A DNA stretch of 64,000 nt from Stegostoma tigrinum (taxonomy: Eukaryota), in contig NC_081388.1 of NCBI RefSeq assembly GCF_030684315.1, forward strand, positions 23,419,015-23,483,014, read 5' to 3'. The notes below the pieces were generated by a model. That model ran no database searches and was not told the DNA's origin. It worked only from the letters and a program-made list of their open reading frames with translations. The number at the start of each line of letters is the position of its first letter. Position 1 is the first letter of the stretch. Shown one piece after another: positions 48,067-61,610 of the stretch. Made by a program: the position numbers and the translations under genes.

Positions 48067-49750
48067 CACTGGCTTCATTCCCACAGAGAGGGAAGGAAGA
48101 CAATGTTCCTTCAAGTATACTAAAAGCGTATTCTAACCATCCAGAGTCCTCATGCCTCCCTGAAACAATAAAAGGAACACCTTGCTGGACAATCCAGCTT
48201 CCCTTCAACAGCAGCGCGATGCTGTGGGTACTGGAAATCTAAAACAAACAGAGAGAAATCTGGTGAAACTCAACAGGTCTGTCAGCATCTGTGAGATGAG
48301 CAGCAGAGTTAATATTGCAAGTCTGGTATGGCTCTTCTTCACAACAGATGCTGACAGACATGTGTTTCTCCAGCATCCTATGCGTTCGTTACTGATATCC
48401 TTCAGACTGATCCTGAATGACAATCTGGATTCAGGGTACAACGTCAACTTAGATTTGGACACCTGTTGGCTTTTAACATTCCCTAGGCTGGTGGGGTTTC
48501 TCGACTAGGGCGCACATTTTTAACGTGAGAAGAGAGAGATGTAAAAGAGGCATGAGGGGCGAATTATTTACGCAGAGGGTGGTTCCCATTGAAGGAGTAA
48601 GTAAAGCGATTTACTGAAGAAGGAAGTAAAGACATTAACTTTTAGGCCTGAAACATTAGCCTTGCTGCTCTGAAGATGCTGCTTGGCCTGCTGTGTTTAT
48701 CCAGCTCCATGCCTTGTTATCTCAACTTTTAAAGACACTAACCTTTTAAAAGACATTAACTTACTAAAGGAAGAAGTAAAGAGATCAACAACACAAAGAT
48801 CGAACTTTACACAATCAAGATGAACCACCTGCTTTGCCAGACACTGGGAACGGATTAGAGAACTGTGTACGTGACTTGGGGGAGGGGTGGCTAGTAACAG
48901 CCAATGTATATAAGCTTTGAAATTGTCTGTAATGGCCGAGAAGTTTGGTGAGGCCCCTTTGAGGTCCCTGCTTCACCGAAAAACTTCTAAAGTTTTTGTT
49001 AATAAGCTGTGTCTGACTCACTGTAGAATCGTACTTGGTAATATTTTACCTACATCACCACGTGGGGTGAACTTCCTGAGGAAGTGGTGGACGGGGGTAC
49101 AATTACAACATTTCAAAGACATTAGATGGGATCACGGGTAGGAAACGGTTTGGAGGGATATGGGGCAGAAGCTGTGGGACTAGTTTAGTTTGGGAGTATG
49201 ATTGGACCGAAGGGTCTGTTTCCATGCTGCGTGACTGTATTAAGTTGGAAGATGTGGACAGCATGCCCAATTACTAGAAGTCTCAAGAGTTGCTCAGTGT
49301 TGAGGCTGGAAGCTCTGGAATCAGCAGGGTGGCTCTGTTAGAGTCCTAGAGAGACATGGCATCAAAACAACTTTACAGTGCAACAGTCTCAAGGGACTGG
49401 ATGGGCTCCTGGGCCTCTGTTCCTTAGACACTTGACACAGAAGGCAGGAATGACAGTGACACAGGAAATAAAAATGCAGATGTGCAAGAAGCCAGACTCC
49501 AAAACTCAAAGTTCTGACAGTCACAGCTGAAGAAGGTTACAGAGAGAGAGAGAAGGGAGAGGCCATTCAGAAAGAATTGGGAGTTAATATTTGCATGGTT
49601 CTGCTACATCACCTGCAGAAACCCCAAGACATAGGGCAAGAGAGCCTGCAGATAAACTCGAGCCCAGAATATCTTCCAGAATAGTTGGACACACTGTTTT
49701 TAAATGGAAAAACCTTGTTTCATATTCTAATCCTTTTCAGGTTGCGCTGT

Positions 49751-49929
49751 TCATTCCTGATACTGTATTTCATTGGGAACTTGTGGATTGTTGTTGGGCT
49801 TTGCATTTTGTGGATCGTATTTTCCTGTTTTATTGACATTCCTCCTCCAGTAAGAAAGGATCGTTCCTGTAGCAAGGATAACGGCAGCCATCGCAGGAAC
49901 ACTTGCAGCAGCCATAATTGCAGCTTTGC
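49751..49929 (-). CDS. ICAM/VCAM-like gene B, transmembrane and cytoplasmic exon
   Basis: tttcctacag acceptor, phase 1; AAIMAAASVPAMAAVILATGTILSYW hydrophobic run, then RR stop-transfer, KTGKYD, TGA. Confidence 0.85.
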
Positions 49930-50251
49930 CTGTAGGAAAGGCAGGTGAGTGAAATGGTTCGTAAAAATCAACTTGCACAATCTATTTAAAAACTAATAAC
50001 TTGATGGAGATTTTCAATGTCCCAATACCACATAGATGTTTTGCTCCCTGTGTGCCATGAATGTAAATGGAGGAAGGCAGCGTGTCGAACTGTTAGGTCG
50101 GACAGCCTGGTGGTCTCAGAATGGCAGCATGTGAACTGCTGCACTGTCTCGCAAAACGGAGTCAGTCTAATGAAGATGTACATCAGGAAGTGCCGTTCCC
50201 GTTTCAGTGCTTTCTCACTTACTCATATCATGCTCTGTTTCTACTCGCTTA

Positions 50252-50566
50252 GGAATTCTTTCATTTTCTCTCACTTCCTGAAATCTCTCCATCTGTCTAC
50301 AAAAGTCCCCTCTATGATCAAGCTTTCAGCCACTTTTCCAAACATTCCCACAACGGGAATTCTTTCATTTTCTCTCACTTCCTGAAATCTCTCCATCTGT
50401 CTACAAAAGTCCCCTCTATGATCAAGCTTCCAGCCACTTTTCCAAACATTCCCACAACGGGAATTCTTTCATTTTCTCTCACTTCCTAAAATCTCTCCAT
50501 CTGTCCACAAAAGTCCCCCCCTCTATGATCAAGCTTCCAGCCACTTTTCCAAACATTCCCACAACG
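50252..50566. repeat. 104-bp tandem repeat x3 (x2 in the paralogue at 26182-26394)
   Basis: ggaattctttcatt... starts at 50252, 50356 and 50460. Confidence 0.95.
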
Positions 50567-50838
50567 GCCAGCAACTATTCATTTCTTCCCAGCAGTACAT
50601 GGATTTTTTGCTCCCTACTGTGTAAGTGAATCTGTGGGAGGATGAGCTTTGGAATATGTTGGTAGTTAGAATGGAACAAAAGTGACCTGAGAAATGGTTT
50701 TGTCTGATCTTTCATCTCCGGTGTTTGAGAGGCCAAAACGTCAGGTTTTCTTTTTCTCTTTGAAGTAGAGATTTACACCCTGGGTTTTACAGTGAAGTTA
50801 AATAATTTAATGCACTATCTTTGAGATTTTTGACTCAC

Positions 50839-51117
50839 TTTGGATTCTGATGTCCATGATCTTCTCTTCAGCTCCAAGGTGATTAACAGCTGAACATTTA
50901 TATACTCCAGAATTTTTGGCTGTAGCATCAGAAATACGGAGAATCCCTGGAGGATTAATCACAATATTGCCTTGTTTGGGACTTTCCCACTTCACTGTTG
51001 GCTGTGGATTCCCTTTGCTGTCACATTGTAATGTAATACTGTCACCTTGGCTGAAATAGACTGGAGCCTCGGAAACACTTTTGTTATTTGCTAACAGAGC
51101 TGTAATTATTGGTTTAT
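50839..51117 (-). CDS. ICAM/VCAM-like gene B, membrane-proximal Ig (I-set-like) exon
   Basis: 279 nt, phase 1-1, ttttcag acceptor, gtgagt donor; GDSITLQC..KGNPQPTVKW...SGVYKCSAVNHLG. Confidence 0.93.
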
Positions 51118-53374
51118 CTGAAAAAGAAAACAATTTGAAATTAGGAGAAAAGCCACTTTCAGTTAATTTTGTTAAGAAGCAATAATACCTCAATTTAATT
51201 TCAGCGCTTCAAATATGTGTGATCTGTGAAACAATCCCATGCCCCGATTTCTGCCGTTGTGCAAAATTGCCCAGAACTGACTCTCTGCTTCTTTCTAATG
51301 AGAGTTTGCTGCAGAGGTTTGGGCCACATGGAATGTCGGATTGCAGTCTGGATCCTGTCAACATGCAAAATTCCACAATAATCCCACCAATGCAGCAAAC
51401 TGTTGCTTTACTTGTTTATAATTTTCCCCAAAGAAGGCCTGAAACACAGAGGACTTTGACTGAACATCTTAAATCTCTGACATACACAAAGGTTATCCTG
51501 AAGGACACTGTCAATGATATAACTAACTCGAGCTGTCTGTGGATTATGTGCAGTGAGTCTATTGCAAGAGGGATTGTTGTGTGAGCAAGTGTGGCTATCG
51601 CTGAAGAATTGGCTAAGTCTATAAAAGATGGACTTAGGAACTCTTATCTGAGATATTTCAATTACATAAGGAGGCCAGCATATATCATGAACTGTATAAT
51701 GTTGAATGGTTTTCTGAGGTGGATTTCCCAGTGTTCCTGTGATGAGAAAAGAACCTGGCAGCAGAAAGTGTTTATCAGAAAGCAGACACATGGGAACACC
51801 ATCACATTCAACTTCCCCCTCCAAAGCATTCATCATCCTGACTTCAAAATATCTCGCTATTCCTTCAGTGTCACTGGGTCAAAAACCTCCCGAAGCACAT
51901 CGTGGGTCAAACCATACAAATGGACTGCAGCGGTTCAAGAAGGCAGTTCCTCCAGGGCAACCAGGGACGGGCAATAAGTGCTGGTCACCCAGCAACAACC
52001 ACTTCTCCATTAAGAATTCAAAAGGAAGTATTTTGATGGATATTATTTCGTTGGGTTTCTGCTGCTGACTGTTTGCAAGTATTTTCTTGTGTACAATCTT
52101 TGTTTTTGCTCACAACATATTCATTGTGCTGTTAAGAACATTCTTAATTGTCATTTGTTGCTTTATAAGATTTTCTGTAGAAGGGTCTAGGCCCGAAACA
52201 TCAGCTTTCCTGCTCCTCTGATGCTGCTTGGCTGCTGTGTTCATCCAGCTCTACACCTTGTTATCTCAGATTCTCCAGCATCTGCAGTTCCTACTATCTC
52301 TGAAACAAAAGGTTTTACTTAGGCTCCTTCACATAGTCATAAATTCTGAACTAGTTATGGATCAACATATAGGTTGATCTATAATTTAGAGGAATTAGAG
52401 GAAAAAATTTAAACCAATTTCAGGCAGTAAAAGCAGACCTCCTTATCGTTACAGGGAAAAATGAATCATAGGTACAGAGATTACTAGCCATTGGAGTGTG
52501 GATTGAATGAACATATTAAGACACAACTTGTTAGCCAAAAAATTCTAACATTAGGTGTAACCACATGACTTTGTTGGAACTGATCAAAAATCAATATTGG
52601 TTTTAAATTCCTCATTACAGGAAATACAAAGGTCCTGCAATAATTGGCAAGTATCCAATTAATTGGCAGTTAACGTGGTGAAGCTGGCAAATGTTACTTG
52701 AATACAGCACTGATTGTGAAAAGCCTCAAGAAGGGAGATAAAAGTCTGGAAAACATCATGGGGTGGACCACAAGCCAGTCCATCTCGATGTCATAACAAG
52801 GCATTTCGACAAATACATGGATAGGAAAAGTTTAGAAAGACATGGGCCAAGCGCAGGGAAATGGGCTTAGTGTGGAAGGATATTTCGATCAGCATGGGCC
52901 TGTCTCCATGTTGTAGGGCTCTATGACTCTATAAGTCATTTTCCTTCTGTTTGCTTCTGATAGTTTTGTGAACATATTGGCAAATACAAAAGGAAACACA
53001 GTACATGATTGGAAAGCCAGCACATGCCTGTGGCCTGTAGCAATACAAGTGATTCTGCAGGATTAGAACTGGGAGGTTTCCAAGAGACACCAACTTAGAG
53101 AAAAGAGAAATGAAAGTCAAGTCACTTGTTGGTGGTTGAGGAAAATTGGGCTACCTTTTGAGAAGAAATAAGAGTCAAGCTGCTGCCCGGAGTTGGGTTA
53201 GGCTAGTTGGGGAGCTAATGAGTCAAGCACCACAACCAAAGGAGATGACACACAGGAAGTTAGAGAAGTACAAAAGAATCAGTGGTTCCCGCAAGAGCAC
53301 AACCCAGCACAACTGAGGTGTTAATCCAAGCAGGAGAAAACAATCATATTTTAATTAAATTTTGTAGCTTTTTT

Positions 53375-53720
53375 TTATTCATTCACAAGTTGAGGGTATC
53401 ACTGTCTAGGCAGCAGTAATTGCCCATCCCTAATTGCCCAGACAGCAGTTAAGAGCCAACTACATTGCCGTGAATCTGGAGTCACAGACCTAGCAAGGAT
53501 GGCAGTTTCCTTCCCTAAAGGGCATTAGTGAACCAGGCAGTTTTTTTTCGACAAACAACAATGGATTCATGGTCATCATTAGACTCTTAATTCCACATAT
53601 TCATTGAATTCAAATTCCACCATTTGCCACAGCAGGATTCGAACCCAGGTCCCCAAAACATTACTTGGGTCTCTGTATTAACGGTACAGCAATAATACTA
53701 CTAGGCCATCACCTCCCCAT
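53375..53720 (-). mobile_element. tRNA-derived SINE copy
   Basis: ggattcgaaccc (reverse B box) and conserved core. Confidence 0.78.
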
Positions 53721-54234
53721 CAAAACGTGATATTAATCACCTAGCCTCCCCAGCCAGGGTGAATGCATAGTGAATTACAGTGTGGTTGAATAGGGTGGTA
53801 GGGTATATGTGTGAAACATTTCCCCACCAAGCCCCTCCTTCCACAAAGCAGGCTGGAAGTAAAAGGAAAATCCAGGCTGAAAGGCAAGCTATTTGCACAT
53901 AAATTCCACAAGGCAAACGAATGCCAATGTTATTTAAATAAACTCTTTAGCTCAGTGCTGGTCTCCAACCTCTTGTATTCTTTTTCTCTCTATAGCTTTT
54001 TTGCTAAAGATTTTTGCTAAAGGTGTGTAAATTAGCACTGCAGCTAAGCACTTTTTAATGGCCCCTTTTAACAGTCAATTAAATCATTGATTTATTGCTT
54101 TGGATTTATTTTAATGTAATTTCTTTACTCCCACTCCAAAGAAGAAATCGAAATGTGGTGCCTATGCAAAAAGTCTGGACAATCCTGTCATATAATCATT
54201 TATATCAGGGATTGCTGGATAGCAGCTATTCATT

Positions 54235-54835
54235 GGACGGGGTATTGAGTACAAGAGTTGGCAGGTCATGTTACAGTTGTATAGGACTTTGGTTCAACCA
54301 CTTTTGGAATACTGCGTACAATTCTGGTCGCCACATTACCAAAAGGATGTGGATGCTTTGGAGACGGTGCAGAGGAGATTCACTAGGATGTTGCCTGGTA
54401 TGGAGGGCACGAGTGATGAAGAGAGGTTGAGCAGATTAGGATTATTTACATTAGAAAGACAGAGGTTGAGGGGGGACCTGACTGAGGTCTACAAAATCAT
54501 GACACCTATAGACAGGTTGGATAGCAAGAAGGTTTTTCCCAGAGTGGGTTCTCAATTACTAGGGGTCATGATTTCAAGGTGAGAGGGGAAAAGTTTAAGG
54601 GAGATATGCGTGGAAAGTTCTTTATGCAGAGGGTGGTGGGTGGCCAGAATGTATTGCCAGCAGAGGCGGGCACGATAGCTTCATTTAAGACGTATCTAGA
54701 CAGATACATGAATGGGCAGGGAGCAGAGGGATAGAGATCCTTGGAAAATAGGCGACAGGTTTAGATAGAGGATCTGGATCGGCGCAGGCTTGGAGGGCCA
54801 AAGGGCCTGTTCCTGTGCTATCATTTTCTTTGTTC
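54235..54835 (+). mobile_element. CR1 LINE 3' end
   Basis: ORF 54268-54582 LEYCVQFWSP...VQRRFTRMLPG. Confidence 0.9.
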
Positions 54836-55464
54836 TTTGTAATTAGCTTAATCAGAAACACATTGAAATTGCTGATTTGAGACGCAGTATCAGAGAGCTC
54901 TTTTACAAAGGGATAACTCAGCACTGCTGACCAATTGTAAACAAAGGATGGGGTCGACCGGATGTGTGCACTCTGAGCTTGAAGTGTATAAGTTATGACA
55001 TTCAGAAGCTTCCTGTGTGCCTTATTACTCCGAGAAATGAAGCTATACTGAAAAACAAAGCTGCAATAAAGGTTATCTGACAGCTCCCTCTGGACTCTCA
55101 TTGGAAAATATGACATCTAACACTTCTCCCCCTGATTTGAAAGTGATTTTTCTTTCCTGTTTAAAAAACATCAAGATACTGCAGGTCCTGCAATTCAAAA
55201 GTTTTTTTTAAAAATGTAAACATTTGAAATACTCAGCAACTGAAGAATTTCAAGAGAGTAAAACACAGTTAATGTTTCAGGTCTGTAAAATTTCTGATCT
55301 GCTTTTCAAACCTGTATATCCAGTGTTTTTAGTTTTAAAATGTCAGCATCCTTTTCCAAAACAGGACATTTCAGAGTGATCCTAAACTTTCATGATACAA
55401 GCCCCTTATTGTTGTATTTACAATGTAGAGACAAATCTACAAATCCTGTGCAGCTGGAACTTAC

Positions 55465-55779
55465 AGTAGGTTTGCAGAGTGACAGAGGAGTTTGTGATTG
55501 ACATTGTGGTGTTAGAGCCCAAGTCCACTTCAGCCAAGCAGGTGTACTCCTGTCCATCATCTGATAGACTTGCAGTGAAATTGAAGACATTTCTCAACCT
55601 GTTATCTTCATCCGGAAGACCTTGTTTTTCTGCAGAATTTCTCTGAACAATCTCACTCCCTCTCAACCATGTGAGAATGAGTTTGTTGTTTGGGTAGACT
55701 CTTGGTCCGATGCACTGCAGACTATATCTCCTGTTAACTTCCAGCACTTCAGGGAGTGATGTAATGTTTATCTCTCGAT
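55465..55779 (-). CDS. ICAM/VCAM-like gene B, Ig domain 2 exon
   Basis: 315 nt, phase 1-1; two nucleotide differences from the gene A exon 5693-6007 by eye. Confidence 0.93.
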
Positions 55780-56427
55780 CTGTGAAAGGAGAATCACAGT
55801 TAATAGGATTCACAGAAAGAGGGGACCTTTGGACCTCATTAGAGAGAGAGGCTGGTGCTGTTATAACCACAGGATCATCACACTGCAGGTGATGGGAGAG
55901 GTTGAAAAGGAGAGCCTTTCGTGATAATCTCAGTGGGAAATAATGTAGCTGAGCACCTTGGAATCCTGCCCATCCCAATTATTCACCCTCACCCAATAGT
56001 GTGCCAATCAAAATATTTGAGCCAATCAAATTTATACTTTGCCATTTATTATTCCTCATTATGAATCGGTACATTAACTTGAGTTGGCGACTTCTCAGTT
56101 TGCACAGTGCACAAAGTGATACTCTGATTATCAACCTGAAATCACTACCGACATCATTAGCATGATTAAAAGTACCTGTCAATTAAAAGGTTTCCAACTG
56201 GTGCTCACTGAAACAACTAAAAATGAAAATGGGCATTTTCCAGAGGATCCTGACATATCTGTATGTTGTTCACATGTTTGAACTGAAATTTGAAGGATAC
56301 TGTTTTCCACCTTAATGGGAGGGAGCGAAATCTCACTACCTTCAAACGTACAAGGATCAGCTCTTAAAATGTCACAACATTCAAAGCTATGGGCCAACAG
56401 CTGCAAAGTGGGATGCCTATCAATAGG

Positions 56428-58405
56428 AGATCACGAGGTGTGGAGCTGGAGGAACACAGCAGGCCGAGCAGCATCAGAGGGGCAGGGAGGCTGATGTTTC
56501 GGGTCTAGACTCTTCTTCAGAAATGGGGGAGGGGAAGGGGCTTCTGAAATGAATAGGGAGAGCGGGGGAGGCGGATAGAAGATGGATAGAGGAGAAGATA
56601 GGTGGAGAGGACACAGACAGGTCGAAGAGAAAGGGATGGAACCAGTAAAGGTGAGTGTAGGTGGGGAGGTAGGGAGGGGATAGGTCAGTCTGGGGAAGAC
56701 GGACAGGTCAAGGGATCGGGATGAGGTTAGTAGGTAGGCGATGGGGGTGGGTCTGGAGGGGGGGATGAGGGGTAGGTGGGTGGAAGGGCAGGTTAGGTAG
56801 AGATGTGGGGACAAGCTGGGCTGTTTTTGGGATGCGGTAGGGGGACGGGAGGTTTTGAGGTTTGTGAAATCCACATTGATACCATTGGGCTGCAGGGTTC
56901 CCAAGCGGAATATGAGTTGCTGTTCCTGCAACCTTCGGGTGGTATCATTGTGGCACTGCAGGAGGCCCAGGATGGACATGTCATCTAAAGAATGGGAGGG
57001 GGAGTGGAAATGGTTTGCGACTGTGAGGTGTAGTTGTGTATTGCGAACCGAGCGGAGGTGTTCTGCAAAGTGATCCCCAAGCCTCCGCTTGGTTTCCCCA
57101 ATGTAGAGGAAGCCACACCAGGTACAGTGGATACAGTATACCACGTTGGCAGATGTGCAGGTGAACCTCTGCTTAATATGGAAAGTCATCTTGGGGCCTG
57201 AGATGGGGGTGAGGGAGGAGGTGTGGGGGCAAGTGTAGCACTTCCTGCGGTTGCAGGGGAAGGTGCCAGGTGTGGTGGGGTTGGAGGGTAGTGTGGAGCG
57301 GACAAGGAAGTCAAAGAGAGAGTGGTCTCTCCGGAAGGCAGACAAGGGTAGGGATGGAAAAATGTCTTGGGTGGTGGGGACTTATTGTAGATGGTGGAAG
57401 TGTCGGAGGATGATGCCTTGTATCCGGAGGTTGGTGGGTGGTATGTGACGACTAGGCGGATTCTCTTAGGGCGATTATTGCGGGGGCAGGGTGTGAGGGA
57501 TGTGTTGCGGGAAATGTGGGAAACACGATCAAGGGTGTTCTCAACTACTGTGGGGGAGAAGTTGCGGTCCTTTAGAACGAGGACATCTGAGATGTACGGG
57601 AGTGGAATGCCTCATCCTGGGAGCAGATGTGGCGGAGGCGGAGGAATTGGGAATAGGGGATGGAATTTTTGCAGGAGGGTGGGTGGGAGGAGGTGTATTC
57701 TAGGCAGCTGTGGGAGTCGGTGGGCTTGAAGTGGACATCAGTTTCTATATGGTTGCCGGAGATGGAGACAGACAGGTCCAGGAAGGAGAGAGAGGTAGTA
57801 GAGATGGCCCAGGTAAACGTAAGTTTGGAGTGGAAGGTGTTGGTGAAGTGGATGAACTGTTCGAGCTCCTCGTGGGAGCACGAGGCAGCGCCCATACAGC
57901 GATGAGTTGCTGTTCCTGCAACCTTCGGGTGGCATCATTGTTGCACTGCAGGAGACCCATGATGGACATGTCGTCGAACGAATGGGAGGGGGAGTTAAAA
58001 TGGTTCGCGACTGGGAGGTGCAGTAGTTTGTTGCGAACTGAGTGGAGGTGTTCTGCAAAGCAGTCCCCAAGCCTCCACTTGGTTTCCCCAATGTAGAGGA
58101 AGCCACACCGGGTACAATGGATACAGTATACCACATTGGCAGATGTGCAGGTGAACCTCTGCTTAATATGGAAAGTCATCTTGGGGCCTGGGATGAGGGT
58201 GAGGGAAGAGGTGTGGGGGCAAGTGTAGCACTTCCTGCGGTTGCAGGGGAAGGTGCCGGGTGTGATGGGGTTGGAGGGCAGTGTGGAGCGGACAAGGGAG
58301 TCACGGAGAGAGTGGTCTCTCCGGAAAGCAGACAAGGCTGCGGAGGGAAAGATGTCTTTGGTGGTGGGGTGGGATTCCAGATGGCGGAGGTGTCGGAGGA
58401 TGACT
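56428..58405 (-). mobile_element. Penelope-like element, partial tandem with two GIY-YIG segments
   Basis: ORFs 56431-57345 and 57745-58335 both carry VVYCIHC..CGFLYIGETK; junction near 57900. Confidence 0.92.
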
Positions 58406-60397
58406 GTCCTTTACATGTCTGACAACTGGAAATTCTGAAGAGCAATCGACAATTAAGATAAATTTTCTCTATTCCTGGTAAGTGGATCCATGACAGCTTT
58501 GGAGCAAGGAACAGAAGAGTGTAGAGGTCCTCTACATTGCTGTGACTGGTGGATCTGGTAAGTCTTGACATTCTCGCTAACTAGTCACTGTCACCGTTAA
58601 TCCTGGGCCAATTGACTGTGTTACGTGTTGGTTATCTTGTCCATTCTATGCACATGGGTCCTTCGCATAGTTGTGGTAATATGTCGCTGGTGGGAAGTTT
58701 CACGGTTAGGTCCTTACTTTCCTTCAAAAGTAACACATTTGAGATATCGATCTCCTTTGAAGGACCACAGGTGCCTGAGAGTGATTCCTTTGTATCCTGT
58801 CAGGGTGCACTTCACTCATAACTGTTCACTGCCTTACACAGTGCATGGACATTGAGGTGGACAAGATGCTCAAGAAGTGTTTGTTTGTAGATCCACTGGA
58901 AAATCTGCATCTTTTATTGAGTTTGCCCACCAGCTCAGCATGTCCAAAGTGTCTATGTGGTGATCTAAATGATTGGTAATCCTATTGCATTCCGGCCATC
59001 CAGCTCACATTTCAGCTTCTTTGTGTGTGAACACTCCACATCTGTAACATATAGCTCAACACTGCCTTTAAACCTTGCTCTGGAATGACCCAATGTGAGT
59101 TTTGGTCTCTTCTGCTGCCCTGGGGACCTCAGTGATCTCAGGGAAAGGCATAAAGTGAAGGTGCACACACGCTGGTGGTTCTGCCGTTATCGGTTCAACC
59201 GGCTAAAGTGTTTGTGGTCTCTATGCCAAATTGCCATCAGTTGCTTTGTGTTGACAATGTGCGAGTGCGATGAGCGGCTAAACCATTGTACACCGCTACT
59301 TTAGTAGTTAGCAGTTGTGCTATTGAATTCCAATGATCCTGATCCATGTCCTTCAGAATGCGGACTGATGGGGTATCACACCCACACTCGTGTCAGTCGG
59401 TGATTTGCAGCAGTGTTTGCCAGCTGTGCCCGGGAAAATGGTGTTTGTGGCAAAGACTTGTAGGGAGATGTTTTGGTCCCACAGTGTGTTCTTCTTACAA
59501 TGTGGGAAGCCTGTTCATTCATTGATTGAAAGATGTTCTGTTCGAACACCACACCTGAAAGTTCCCCTCCAAGCCACTCACCATCCAGACTCGGAATATA
59601 GTGCTATTCCTTCACTGTCGCTGGATCAAAATCCTGGAATTCCCTCCCTGAGGGTACTGTGGCTCTAGCCACAGCGGGTGGACTGCAGCGGTTCAACAAG
59701 GCAGCTCACCCCCACCTTCTCCAGGGCAACTAGGGACGGGCAATAAATGCTGGCCAGCCAGCGACGCCCACATCCCATAGGTGAATAAAGATATATTCTG
59801 GCTTTTGGCTCAAGTCTACCTTGCTGTGAACTTTGTGTATCGGCTTATATGTACACAGGCTTTGCGTGCATCCCTTGCTGCCATCGCTGTATTGCTGTGC
59901 TTCTTTCCTGTCTGTTCTTTTCCTACCTCGCCTGTATGCTTGGAACTACATTACTTGGATATGAGGCACCAGTGCCATCTAGCACCACACTGATCTTGTA
60001 ATGCAGGATAGCTTTACACTAGCACCAGAGCACACAGTCTGCTTGTTTCTTTCTGTCCATGCTAGTTATGGTTGGCTGTGTAACTAGTTCTTACTGTTGT
60101 CCAGCCACAATGGCTCCATATTTTCTGCCATCTGCCAGCAGCAAATCAATGATGTGACCTTTCCTTTTACAAGAGGTCTTTTCAGAATGCTTTGATGTGC
60201 GCTGAGACAATTACCAACTTCAATGTCTGCTCCAACAATATGACAAAAAACTAAAATGTACAGCAGAGTGATCTCTTGACACGTGGTTGTCTATGATGCT
60301 AAAAAACTGAAACGACTTTGACCTCTGGTCATGTGAGGACATCTACCCTTTGCTTGACTTCAGGAACCTGTCAGTTACCTCATTCTACATTTGGGCG

Positions 60398-61168
60398 TCA
60401 TTTGTCCTCACCATCCCTCTATCATTTGTCCTCACCATCCCTCTATCATTTGTCCTAACCATTCCTCTATCATTTGTCCTCACTATCCCTCTATCATTTG
60501 TCCTCACCATCCATCTGTATTTGTCCTTACCATCCCTCTATCATTTGTCCTCACCATCCCTCTGTATTTGTCCTTACCATCCCTCTATCATTTGTCCTCA
60601 CCATCCCTCTATCATTTGTCCTTACCATCCCTCTACCATTTGTCCTCACCATCCCTCTATCATTTGTCCTTACCATCCCTCTATCATTTGTCCTCACCAT
60701 CCCTCTACCATTTGTCCTCACCATCCCTCTAACCTTTTTCCTTACCATCCATCTGTATTTGTCCTTACCATCCCTCTATCATTTGTCCTCACCATCCCTC
60801 TATCATTTGTCCTCACCATCCCTCTATCATTTCTCCTTACCATCCCTCTATCATTTGTCCTCACCATCCCTCTATCATTTGTCCTTACCATCCCTCTATC
60901 ATTTCTCCTCACCATCCCTCTGTATTTGTCCTCACCATCCCTCTATCATTTCTCCTTACCATCCCTCTATCATTTCACCTTACCATCCCTCTATCATTTC
61001 ACCTTACCATCCCTCTATCATTTGTCCTCACCATCCCTCTATCATTTCTCCTCACCATCCCTCTGTATTTGTCCTCACCATCCCTCTATCATTTCTCCTC
61101 ACCATCCCTCTGTATTTGTCCTCACCATCCCTCTATCATTTCTCCTCACCATCCCTCTGTATTTGTCC
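60398..61168. repeat. 24-bp minisatellite, about 32 copies, in gene B intron
   Basis: Unit atcatttgtcct(c/t)accatccctct with 23-bp variants. Confidence 0.97.
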
Positions 61169-61346
61169 ATGCTCCTTAATTCCAACTGAGCTCATTTCCT
61201 CACTTTGTGTGTAAAATGGTTTTGGATGTCATTACAGATTATAAACACATTCAGATTCCTTTAGCCAAGCACTTTCTGCACAGCTTTAAACATGTCAATT
61301 ATGTCATCATTGTACTTTATTTATTAATATAAAACCTTTTACTTAC

Positions 61347-61610
61347 TGTATACAGTTATCTGTTCTGATATTCTGCCATGCTGCGATGAGCATTCTATGT
61401 AACATATTACTGAGAAAGACCACGACCGGATACTTGTGAAATTAATCCAGACCCACTGATCGCTTTCTATTTTTGGATTATTCCTTGGGCCTTCTATGAT
61501 GATGTGAGGTGTTGCACATGGTGTACTGCAGTTCATCACCAAAGAGTCTCCAAATGCCACAGCCAGTGGGTTCGCATTGATCTGTATCTCCAGTCCAGTC
61601 ATTTTTCCCA
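61347..61610 (-). CDS. ICAM/VCAM-like gene B, Ig domain 1 exon
   Basis: 264 nt, phase 1-1, cccacag acceptor, gtaagt donor; NCSTPC and ICYIEC C-x3-C pairs; IIIEGP resembles ICAM-1 IETP. Confidence 0.92.

Noticed and set aside
60350-61214. ORFs of 246-279 aa in the 24-bp array
   Set aside because: Repeat-derived with frequent frame switches
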